Shown here in pieces: positions 15,157-27,216 of a stretch of 32,000 bases of DNA. The position numbers and the translations under genes are program-made. Within the stretch, counting starts at the first letter, position 1. Each line of letters begins with the position of its first letter. The notes beneath the pieces were generated by a model. That model was not told the origin of the DNA and ran no database searches. It saw only the letters and a program-made list of their open reading frames with translations. This DNA is from Candidatus Saccharimonadota bacterium (GTDB taxonomy: Bacteria; Patescibacteriota; Saccharimonadia; Saccharimonadales; UBA4665): contig CP064992.1 in the NCBI GenBank assembly GCA_016699935.1, positions 600,001 to 632,000 on the forward strand, read 5' to 3'.

Positions 15157-17581
15157 ATAAACTCGACTTACGCGAAGCTTCCACCACCTCAACGTCGCAT
15201 AAGTTGAGTATGCATTCGCAGCGGGCTCGCAAGGCGAAGCTTGGTACCCGAATTAGTCGCACTTTCTCAGTGTTGCTCATTGTTGCCTCTATAGTAATTT
15301 TGGCGGGAGGTATCGGACTGCTTGTTTCTGGAACTGCGCTGGGATGGCTTTGTATCGGATTGGCGGCAGTACCCTGTATGTACAGCGTATGGGACGCGAG
15401 TGACCTCAATGGTATTCCTGCAGGCAAGGGTAGCAGTATTGATCAGGTACTCGAGAGTAGTATACTTGGGCGCCTTCCGCAGGATCCTTCGCCAAAAGAC
15501 ATTGCAGAGACGCTAATTTACTCTAGTGCTGCACGGTTCCTTATTGTGCGCTTTGAGTTGTCTCCGAGCGTTCTACGTGATTATTCATCTGATCATGCAA
15601 ATGATGCTGAGGCAGTCTGGCAGCAGGCTGAAAGGTACCGAGCAGAAGCAAGCAGCAGCTTGCTCAAGGGGATATGCTTGTGGTGGCGCTTTGCGCGACC
15701 CAGGCGAATATTACTGGGATGCTTCCCCATATACAACTTGAAACCGCGGATTTGCAGACAGGTTTGCGATGGTACGGAAGGATCCAGCAGGTTATCGATG
15801 AATATAGGAAGCCTCGAATGACAGGCGGTATTGCACGGGATTGGAACTTTGGCTATGCAAATTTACTTGAGCATTTTGGCACCAATATTAGCCAGCAAGC
15901 AGTACAATGGGGGTATGATGTACGCTGATCTTGAGACGCACCATGCAATCGAGGCACAACTACGGTCAGTTTTTCAGGTGAAGGACGTCAAAATGTCGCA
16001 CTTGTCGGTAAGCTGGGCGCGGGCAAGACGACCATCGCACAAGCATTTGCTGGCTCTCTCTTGAGTGGCGGGCGAAAATTGCCGACCAATTTGCGTTTTC
16101 GCCAGGTTATCCGGCTTGATGCGAGTGCATTGATACGAGCCGCCCGAAGTCGGGGTGAGCTTGAAGACGTAGTCCAGCGGCTTTTTGTCGAAGCGTTTCG
16201 GGCGAAAAATATTATCCTCTTCCTCGACGATGCACAGTTATTTTTTGAGGAGGGTAACGGTTCGGTAGATCTGACGTCGGCGCTATTACCAGTCCTCGAA
16301 GGTGGACGATTACGGATTTTTCTCGCCATGGATGAGCAAGCGTACTTACGGATTGCCCAGCGCAATCCAGCGCTTGTAAGTGTCCTAAACCGAGTAAATG
16401 TTGCCCCAGCTAGTGAAACAGATACGATGGCGGTCCTACAGGATCAGATCATTCGATTAGAATCAGAATACAAGGTGACCTATTCCTTCCAGTCACTCAA
16501 AGAAGCTTATCGGCTCAGTGAGCGCTATCAGCACGATATCGCGCAGCCCGGGAGAGCTGTCCTGCTCCTTGAGCAAGCCGCTCGTCAGGCGGACCACGGG
16601 TTTGTGACGGCTCAGTCGGTCGCTGCTGTGATTGAACAATCCAGTGGTGTTAAGGTCACGCCTCCGGCCAATGACGTTGTTGAGCGAGATAAGCTGCTAA
16701 ATATGGAAGATCTTATTCATGAGCGCATGGTTAACCAGTCACGAGCGGTCCGGGTCGTGAGTGATGCACTCAGGCGGGCAAGAGCGGGGGTACGAAATGA
16801 AAAACGACCGATTGGCACGTTCTTGTTCCTTGGGCCGACTGGAGTTGGTAAGACAGAGCTAGCCAAGGCACTGGCGACAGTTTACTTCGGTGGGGAAGAC
16901 CGAATAGTCCGAATTGATCTGAATGAATTTGTGCGGGCAGAAGATGTCTCACGACTAATCACCGATGGTGCCAATGATCCGCATGGTCTGACGGCAAGCC
17001 TCCTGAAACAACCGTTTTCGGTTGTGTTGCTCGATGAAATCGAGAAAGCTCACCCGCAAGTGCTGACTACCTTGCTCCAGATGCTCGACGAGGGCATATT
17101 ACGGGACATCAATAACCGTGAAGTAAATTTTCGAGACGCTATTGTGATTGCTACCAGTAATGCTGGGGCGGAACGCATACGACAGCTTATTGACGAGGGT
17201 AAAGAGCTTGAGCAGTTTGAAGACAGTATTATCAATGAGCTCATAAATGGCCAACAATTTCGCCCAGAATTCCTGAATCGATTTGATGAAATCGTCGTGT
17301 TTCGCCCGCTCGACAAGAACGAGCTGGGGCAGGTGGTACAGCGAATGATAACAGAGGTGAATAGCACACTTAAGACCCAGAAAATTCAGGTAGAGCTTAC
17401 AGCTGAGGCGGTACAGAAACTTGCCACTATCGGCTACGACCCGCGGCTTGGTGCTCGTCCGATGCGCCGGATGGTACAGCGCAGCGTTGAAAACTATGTT
17501 GCCAAACGAATCCTTGATGGCTCTGTTCAGCCTGGCCAGACCATTACGATTTCCGAAGCCGACATCCAAACAGAAAAATAA
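15144..17581 (+). CDS. ClpA/ClpB-family double AAA+ ATPase with an N-terminal transmembrane region, three frameshifts
   Basis: The N-terminal hydrophobic segments are LLIVASIVILAGGIGLLVSG and LGWLCIGLAAVPCMY. NBD1 has Walker A GKLGAGKT and Walker B ILFLDDAQ. NBD2 has GPTGVGKTELAKALA, VVLLDEIEKAH, NRFDEIVVFRPL and GARPMRR. The frame changes near 15668, 15915 and 15985. Confidence 0.8.
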
Positions 17582-17656
17582 CCCATAAGCAACCAAACTC
17601 CTTATGTTTTGCTCAAGGACTGTCCTTGAGCAAAACAGAGGTGGTATAATGATGGG

Positions 17657-18003
17657 GTTAGATTGACAGCTAATCGCTAGTACATTCATGTATTAGAGGA
17701 AAGTCCGGGCAGCATAGGGAGTGACAGCCGCTAACAGCGGCCGAGGGCGACCTTAGGGAAAGTGCCACAGAAACGAAACTACCTCGCTTACGCGAGGCAA
17801 AGATGAAACGCGCGGTGTAAGAGACCGTAATCGCGCATGGTAACATGCGAGAGAGGTAAACCCTGTCAGCTGCAAGGAGTGAGCTATACACGTTCCCGCG
17901 ATGCTTACGTATAACCCCGCTCGAGCTTATGAGCAATTGTAGGCCTAGATAGATGATTAGCCCTACTTCGGTGGGACAGAACCCGGCTTACGGCAATCTA
18001 ACA
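17657..18003 (+). ncRNA. rnpB: RNase P RNA (bacterial type)
   Basis: It carries the universal blocks GAGGAAAGTCCGGGC (17695-17709) and ACAGAACCCGGCTTA (17976-17990). P1 pairs GTTAGATTG (17657-) with CAATCTAAC (-18002). An extended -10 TGGTATAAT lies at 17642-17650. Confidence 0.92.
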
Positions 18004-18008
18004 ATATG

Positions 18009-18038
18009 AAAACACCCCTACTAATGAGGGGTGTTTTG
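18009..18038. terminator. Bidirectional terminator between rnpB and rplT
   Basis: AAAACACCCCT-ACTAATG-AGGGGTGTTTT. Confidence 0.75.
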
Positions 18039-18054
18039 TATGAAACGTTTCTTT

Positions 18055-18404
18055 TTATTTCTCGAGTTTGCAGGCTTTGACGACTGCTTCAAAAGCAGCC
18101 GGTTCGTTGACGGCTAGTTCGGCCAGAACCTTGCGGTCGAGGTCGATATTTGCTGCCTTTAGGCCGGCGATAAGACGACTGTAGGTAGTGCCGTGTTCAC
18201 GGGCGGCCGCATTGATACGGACGTTCCACAGGGCGCGAAAGGTGCGCTTGCGGTTACGGCGGTCGCGGTAGGCAAACTGCAGGCTACGGGTAGTAGCTTG
18301 CTTGGCACGTTTGATGCTCACCTGGTTCGGGTGGCTAAAACCTTTGCGGCTTTACGGATTTTGTTGTGTTTTGCTCTGGTGGTGACACCTCGTTTAACTC
18401 GCAT
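18055..18404 (-). CDS. rplT: 50S ribosomal protein L20, one frameshift near 18340
   Basis: The C-terminal ORF reads ...[31 protein letters not shown]. The N-terminus [23 protein letters not shown] is readable from the ATG at 18404 in the adjacent frame. Confidence 0.9.
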
Positions 18405-18408
18405 GACG

Positions 18409-18603
18409 CTATACTCCCAACTTCTTGCGTATTATTTTAGTGTTGGTAGCGTTCATTGTCTCCAAACCAGCCAGCTTGCGCTTGCGTGCGCCGCTTTTCT
18501 TCTGTAGGAAGTGGCTAGCGTGTGAGTGACGGGTGCGAACACGACCGTTCTTAGTGACTCGTACGCGGTCTTTGGTGCCGCTATGAGACTTGAGTTTTGG
18601 CAT
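18409..18603 (-). CDS. rpmI: 50S ribosomal protein L35
   Basis: MPKLKSHSGTKDRVRVTKNGRVRTRHSHASHFLQKK... is the L35 signature. Confidence 0.9.
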   Translation of the reverse strand: MPKLKSHSGTKDRVRVTKNGRVRTRHSHASHFLQKKSGARKRKLAGLETMNATNTKIIRKKLGV

Positions 18604-18646
18604 GGTATCTCCTTGTCAATGACTCGTTTAAATTGATAAAACTGTA

Positions 18647-19193
18647 TCATGACGTGGACGCAGGCTCCGGTTTCGGAGTTTTTACGGCGACGCCTCTGAT
18701 AACGAATGAAAGTTGTTTACCTGTGAGCTGCGGATTTTGGTCGACGGCAATGCTGTCGCCAAAACTTGCAATAACTCGATCGGCAAGTTTGAAGCCAATA
18801 TCCTTGTGGGCGAGTTCGCGTCCGCGGAAGAAAAGGGTGATCTTTACCTTGTGACCAGCTTCGAGGAAGCCAGTTACTTTCTTCATCTTGACACCGAGAT
18901 CGTGATCGCCAATCTTGAGACCGAAGCGCATCTGCTTCATATCAAGAATCTTATTATTGAGGCGATTTTTTTTGCGCTTGCTTCGTCTTCTGGTAGTTAA
19001 ACTTACCCCAGTCGACTATCTTGCAAACAGGCGGGTTAGCTCCTGGCGAAATCTCGACAAGGTCGAGTTCTTGCTCTTGAGCTAAGCTATACGCTTCGCG
19101 CGAGCTCATAACACCGAGCTGCTTGCCATCCGCATCGATGACCCGTACCTCTGGTGCCCGAATTTGTCCATTCAGGCGCGTACTCGTGCTGAT
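18647..19193 (-). CDS. infC: Translation initiation factor IF-3, one frameshift in an A8 run, probable AUC start
   Basis: The N-domain ...[60 protein letters not shown] is joined to the C-domain ORF 18647-18940 by a shift in the run at 18966-18973. AAGGAG (complement of 19202-19207) lies 8 nt before ATC (complement of 19191-19193), and there is no in-frame ATG/GTG/TTG. Confidence 0.88.
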
Positions 19194-19280
19194 TTCGACT
19201 TCTCCTTGGTTACTTTCGTGCTTGGAAGTGTAACAGATTAGGTTCTTGGGGTCAACGACCTGCTTAAAAGAGATTTCATT

Positions 19281-20815
19281 TTATGCATCATGAAACTGAT
19301 GAGGACGGTACTGAAGGGCTTCGGCGACGTGTTGAGGTTGGATTGTATCTGAATCATCCAAGTCAGCAATGGTACGGGCGAGTTTAACGCAACGCATGTA
19401 GGCTCGGGCACTAAGCCCAAATTTCTCGGCCGCCGCATCGAGCATGTCTTTAGCAGCAGGTTCAAGATGTGAGAGCTTTGACCTCACGATTGGTCATATC
19501 TGCGTTTAATTTGGCTTTAGGCCTGAAACGGGCTGCCTGGCGAGCCCGGGCAGCAGTCACTTTTTGTCGTATAGATTTTGATGAAGGCCCATCTGTTTGA
19601 TTCTCACGGAGCAGGTGGCTATTGTCGATCTCGTGAACATCTACGTATAGGTCGATACGGTCAAGAATTGGCCCGGAAAGTTTCCGACGATACTGCACAA
19701 TCTGGTGGGGTAAGCAGCGGCATGGCTTGCTTGTACCGTAGTGGCCGCAAGGGCAGGGATTAGCGGTGGCGATAAAGATGAAGTGTGCTGGGTACTCTGC
19801 TGTTTCCTTGGCGCGGGCGATGGTAACCGTGCGGGTCTCGAGCGGTTGGCGAAGAGCCTCCACAGTCACACGTCCGAATTCTGGGAGTTCATCGAAAAGC
19901 AATACACCACGATGCGCCAGACTCATTTTCGCCCGGCCTGACGCTATTGCCACCACCTACGATTGCGACGTTACTGGCGCTGTGGTGTGGTGACCGGAAC
20001 GGTCTTATAGTGACGAGCCTATTAAAGTCATTGCTTGCCAGACTATGCAAGTGAGTTACCTCTAGCATTTCGTCGCGGTTCATGGGTGGCAACAAGCTTG
20101 GCAGGATTTTTGCGAGCATGCTCTTACCCGTTCCTGGAGGACCGCCGAGTAGTACATTGTGTCCGCCGGCAGCGCTGATCTCTACCGCGCGTTTTCCGAG
20201 CATCTGTCCCACAACGTCCTCGATGCACAGGAGATCCTCGTCTTCTTCAGGGGCTGCTCGGCGGCGAACTGTTCATCTGATGTTTTAATTATTATTGGTG
20301 TTTTTATGGCTGTTCACGTAGTCGTACAGCTCAGCCAGAGAAGACACTGTGATGAGATGTATGTTTGGTACCAAACGGGCTTGTTCGAGATTGTCTTCGG
20401 GAATGATAAACGTATCAATACCATGGTATTTGCCAGCAAGTAACTTGCCAATTATGCCGCGGACCGGACGAACCGAACCCTCTAATCCTAGTTCGCCGAT
20501 AACGGCGCTTTTCATAGGGATCTCTTGGCATTGACCAGATGCTCGCAGTATGGCCGTTGCGATGGCCAGGTCAAATCCGGTACTTTCTTTCGGAATATCG
20601 GCAGGGGCAAGGTTTACGGTAATACGTTTAATGGGTAGTTCTAGCCTAGAACTTGCAAAGGCATTTCTAATGCGCTCTTTGGCTTCATCGACTGCTTTTG
20701 TTGCGTACCCAACAATGAGAATGGTAGGCAAGCCTTTGGTGAGCTGGCACTCAATATCTACGACCAAACCATGCTGACCGTTTTCCACCACCCCGTGGAT
20801 AGGTTGATATTTCAT
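19281..20815 (-). CDS. comM: ComM/YifB Mg-chelatase-like AAA+ protein, at least three frameshifts
   Basis: Four consecutive minus-strand ORFs cover the gene. They are the Lon-like N-domain (20285-20815), Walker A LLGGPPGTGKSMLAK (19889-20212), LLFDELPEF...CPCG (19462-19956), and the C-terminal tail (19281-19487). Confidence 0.85.
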
Positions 20816-21104
20816 ACTCAGTTACGTTTGGATTATACAACCATATAAAAAGAACGCAACCCATCTGTAGGTTGATGGGTTGCGTACAAAGATAATTTTT
20901 TCTGTATGTTTGGTCTTAGTTTTTCTTAAGTAACGACGGCTTGCGAGAGGCCGTCGTTTTTTTGGTCGTTTTTTGTTTTTGAGCACTTTTTTTGTTCAGT
21001 GCTACCCCTTATACTAACGACCAAACATGCGATTGTCAATAACAAAGTGCCTGTGCTTTTTATCACCAATTATTGTAAACCAAGGCAGAAGAACCAAAAG
21101 CATA

Positions 21105-21133
21105 TTGACAAATCGAGTTTGTTGTAGTAGTAT
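21105..21133 (+). promoter_or_regulatory. Sigma70-like promoter TTGACA-17 nt-TAGTAT
   Basis: The hexamers are at 21105-21110 and 21128-21133. It lies ~190 nt upstream of the next ATG (21332). Confidence 0.5.
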
Positions 21134-21331
21134 TGAAATTGGCTCAGCCAAAACAAAAACAACAAAAACAGTGTCGCTCGGGTCGCCCTAAAGGCGGCAG
21201 GAGCGGTCAGTCAGTCGAAGGCGATAAGCGCTATACATTAATTTATATTGAGCGGATTTATCGCCTTTCGACCTATGTATTATCAGCGCCTAGGTATAAT
21301 TACCCAGGCGTGTTTTAATAATAATTACCCT

Positions 21332-21679
21332 ATGAAGCAAACTAAATTTCTTCGAGCTGGCATGTTTTGGCTTAGTCTTATCGTGTTTATGAGCTTGACG
21401 AGACCGTATACCATGCCTGTTTCATTACTTATTGTGCCGTTTATACTATTCGGGATCGCACTGTTTACGTCTTGGCAAGCATTTTCAGGGCTGTACTATA
21501 GAAAAAAGACAGGTAAACATGAGAACGGTCGCGTAAATCTGCTAGGTGGTATTGTGAGTATTATACTAGTTTTTGCGCTTGGGTTAGAGTCACTCGGCGA
21601 ATTAACGCCCAAGGACTTCTTAGTCATACTGCTCTTTGGCGCAGTAGCGTATTTTTATATGGTACGCTCAGTCAAGTAA
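21332..21679 (+). CDS. Small integral membrane protein (about four hydrophobic segments)
   Basis: MKQTKFLRAGMFWLSLIVFMSL...LLIVPFILFGIALFTSW...LLGGIVSIILVFALGL...FLVILLFGAVAYFYMV. The ATG at 21332 is preferred over the longer track ORF that starts at 21248. Confidence 0.55.
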   Translation: MKQTKFLRAGMFWLSLIVFMSLTRPYTMPVSLLIVPFILFGIALFTSWQAFSGLYYRKKTGKHENGRVNLLGGIVSIILVFALGLESLGELTPKDFLVILLFGAVAYFYMVRSVK

Positions 21680-21736
21680 ACATAACAAAGTGGCGGTACT
21701 ATCATTGGTAGCCACTAACGGTATATACTAGTAATT

Positions 21737-21997
21737 ATGAATGAATTGCCACAACCAATGGCACCACAAAATTCGAATGTGCCGATGCCTTCCCAGAGTC
21801 AACCAGCCCAGCTTGGTACTTCGGACGCGCCCCAAGCTGTTGACGCCAAAATATTACTGGAACGAGCAACTGAACAAATAGAAAGCACTATTCTCCAGAC
21901 GGCAACAAACCCGTATGAACGTGCGAATCAAGTCCATGCAATAAAGACTGCATTTCTGCGGGCTCGTCATGGAGTTGAAGCAAAGGACGGTTCGTAG
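21737..21997 (+). CDS. Hypothetical small protein (86 aa)
   Basis: This ORF sits in an operon position between the membrane protein and the ATPase. It has a Pro/Gln-rich N-terminus, and I recognise no motif. Confidence 0.4.
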   Translation: MNELPQPMAPQNSNVPMPSQSQPAQLGTSDAPQAVDAKILLERATEQIESTILQTATNPYERANQVHAIKTAFLRARHGVEAKDGS

Positions 21998-22046
21998 TAA
22001 TCATGGGCTTGATGAATAGTATTTCTGAACGGGGTATAGAAGAGCG

Positions 22047-24976
22047 ATGTTATTAAGTCTACAAAGAATCAACGCAAAGAAGTTGAAATACGAGCGTGGT
22101 CTTTCTATGGTGCCCATGCTCATCCACCTGCCCCCGGCCAGTGAAGATACAGAGGCGAATGGGCGTGATGTACGAGATCTTGTAGACGAAAATATCTCTA
22201 AAGCCCAAATAATTTACAACATTATCGCAAGCACAATTGAGCAAAGTTTTAAAAATCGTTTTCACGGTCAACGTCATTTTTCGTTCGAAATAGTCGGCCT
22301 GAAAGGGTTTGTCAGATTATACGTAGCCGTGCCCGCAGACTACGTAAATGTTATGCAACAAGCCATTGTCAGTGCCTATCCTGCTGCGCGTCTTGAAATG
22401 GCTCCAGAGTACAACATTTTTAGTCAAGTTGGAGGCATGAACGTGGTGATAGGCGGTCAGCTTAATTTGAAAGAAAAATTTGCATATCCAATTGCAACAT
22501 ATCAAGACCTTAAACGTGATGCATTCCAGTCAATATTGAACGCACTCTCAACCATGGAAAACGAAGACGGTGCCGCCATACAATTACTATTTCGCCCCGC
22601 TGATACCGCTTGGCGTAAAACTGCCACCGACTTCGCAACTGCGAAGAAAAAAGGAACAGATAAGGGTCTTTCTGCAGGGGCACTAGCGCGAGATCTTGTA
22701 ACGGCATTCGTAAAACCACCAGAGCCAAAAGAGGAAAAAGATAAACCGAAGGAAATATCTTCAATTGAGCAGTCTGTGATTGATGCTATAGAGGATAAGA
22801 CACGTCATCCTGGCTTTGAGGTTGCTATACGTGTGATAGCTTCTTCGAACGTTTCTCAACGCTCACAGGGAATAGTGAATAACATCATCGCAAGCTTCTC
22901 CTTGTTTGATGCGCCAGGGCGAAATGGGTTTGCGTATCACTCGGCGAGTGATCCGTCGGAATTAGTAACGAACTTCCTTCTGAGGGCATTTCCTCAGCAT
23001 AAGAAAAAGAACATATTGAATTCGGTTGAGCTTGCCACGATATTTCATTTTCCAGATCAGCGTAGTATCCCAACTTCGCAGCTTGAGCGGCAAGAGTCGA
23101 AGCAGGTGGATGGACCGCGCAATATGCCCAGCGAGGGCTTGCTCCTCGGTTTTAATGTATTTCGTGGCGTCAAGAAGCCGGTTCGGATTGGGCTAACAGA
23201 CAGGCAACGGCATATGTATGTTGTTGGACAGACAGGTACGGGTAAATCAACATTTCTTGAAAATCTCGCCTTACAAGATATGTTGCGCGGCGACGGCTTC
23301 GCCTTCGTCGACCCGCATGGTGATACTGCGGAAAAACTACTTTCCATGGTACCAAAAGAACGGACCGAAGACGTTATTTATTTTTGCCCGTCGGATATGG
23401 CATACCCTATGGGTCTGAATTTATTTGAGTTTCACACTCCTGATCAAAAGGATTTCATTATCCAAGAAGTCCTAAACATGCTCTATAAACTATATGACCC
23501 GCAGCACCAGGGTATTATGGGTCCGCGCTACGAAAGCCTATTTCGGAATGCCGCTCTCACTGTCATGGCCGATCCAGCGGGGAGCACGTTTGTAGATATT
23601 CCAAAGCTATTCCGTGACCCTCAGTATGTGAAGCAGAAGCTGCCATATGTCAAAGACCCGAATGTTATTGAGTTCTGGGAGAAAGAAATGCCCCAGAGCC
23701 AACGTAGCAACGATTTTGGCGAGGTTGTGAGCTGGTTTGTCAGTAAATTCGGTGCATTCTTGAGTAACGAAATGATGCGCAATATCATAGGTCAAACTAA
23801 GAGTTCGTTTGACCTGCGAGATATCATGGACAACAAAAAAATCCTGTTAGTCAATCTTAGCAAGGGTCGCACCGGTGAGCTCAATAGCAAGCTGCTCGGT
23901 ATGGTTTTCGTTATGAAATTCCAAGCCGCCGCTATGAGTCGGTCAAATGTCCCTGAAAGCGAACGAAACGACTTCGCGCTGTACGTAGATGAGTTCCAGA
24001 ACTTCTCTACCGATAGCTTCGCTACTATCATGAGTGAAGCGCGTAAGTATCACCTGAACCTCATTGTCGCTAACCAATTTACAACCCAATTGACCGAAGA
24101 AATCCGTGATGCCGTCTTTGGCAACATTGGTACCATTGTGTCGTTTCGTATTGGCCAGAACGATGTAGAAAGCTTGAGCCGCTATTTCCAGCCACAATTT
24201 GACGGTGATGACTTGCTTCGTGTGCCAAATGCAAATACCATTGTGAGAACACTTATCAGTGGTGTTCCGACGCAATCTTTTAGTATGGCGACACTTCCTC
24301 CTTTGGGTAACCCAAATCCAGGTCTTGCCGATGCGCTCAAGCAACTTTCAGCAGCTAAATATGGTAAGCCAAGGGCGGTTGTCGAGAAAGAAATCTTTGA
24401 ACGCTTGGCTACCAAAACGCCTGAACCTAAACCATTTGCAAACCCATTTTCTGGCTCTGGACCAGCTCCAGCGGGTGCTCCCCCGGGCTTCTCCTCTGCT
24501 CCAGCCGCTCCTGCATCACCGTCTCCAGTGGGCTCGGGTTCGTTTCTTGACGAGTGGCTCGCAAAGCAAAAAGCTACACCAGCTTCACCTCGTCCGCTGA
24601 GTCCCCCGACACAAACGCCTGGTTTAGATACGCATAGCGAAAATCAAAGTACTGTCGGTGCTAATGAGGTCGAATTGTCTACCACTGCGGTTGGTTCTGA
24701 GCCAAACGCTAGTTCATCATCAGTAGCTAATTATGAATCTGGTAATGTGTCGAGTGCAGAACTCGATCAGCAGGAAGTAAAAGATATCGCTGTTGAGTTG
24801 AAAAAGGACTAAAGACGGTCGAGGAAAGCGTGGATATACATAATAGCTCGAACGCCCCGGCAGAATCTAGTCCAGAACCACAAAACCATACTGAAACCGC
24901 GCAACCAGGGGAAGATACTATCGTTATAGACAGTGAAGGCACTATTCATACGAAGAATACTTCTGAAAATGAATAA
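22047..24976 (+). CDS. VirD4/TraD/TraG-like (type IV coupling protein family) P-loop ATPase with a long uncharacterised N-terminal domain and a Pro/Ala/Ser-rich tail, one frameshift near 24801-24806
   Basis: Walker A is HMYVVGQTGTGKST and Walker B is FALYVDEFQNF, followed by ARKYHLNLIVANQ. After an A-run the last ~54 codons continue in another frame as far as the TAA at 24974-24976. Confidence 0.7.
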
Positions 24977-25049
24977 AACCTAGATTATTTCGTTTCTTTT
25001 CGCCTTACCAATTCGAGGAAGTCCATTAACAGCGTCGCGTATCTTGTAG

Positions 25050-27095
<2,046 letters not shown>

Positions 27096-27216
27096 ATGAT
27101 AGGAAAGACGTATGGAGTACGGTGAATGATGTATGTTTTCGAGTTGAGCGGGATGGGGCTTATGTACCATTCGTCATACGTCATGCATCGTTCTTGATGC
27201 GCGGAGGAGTGAACTA

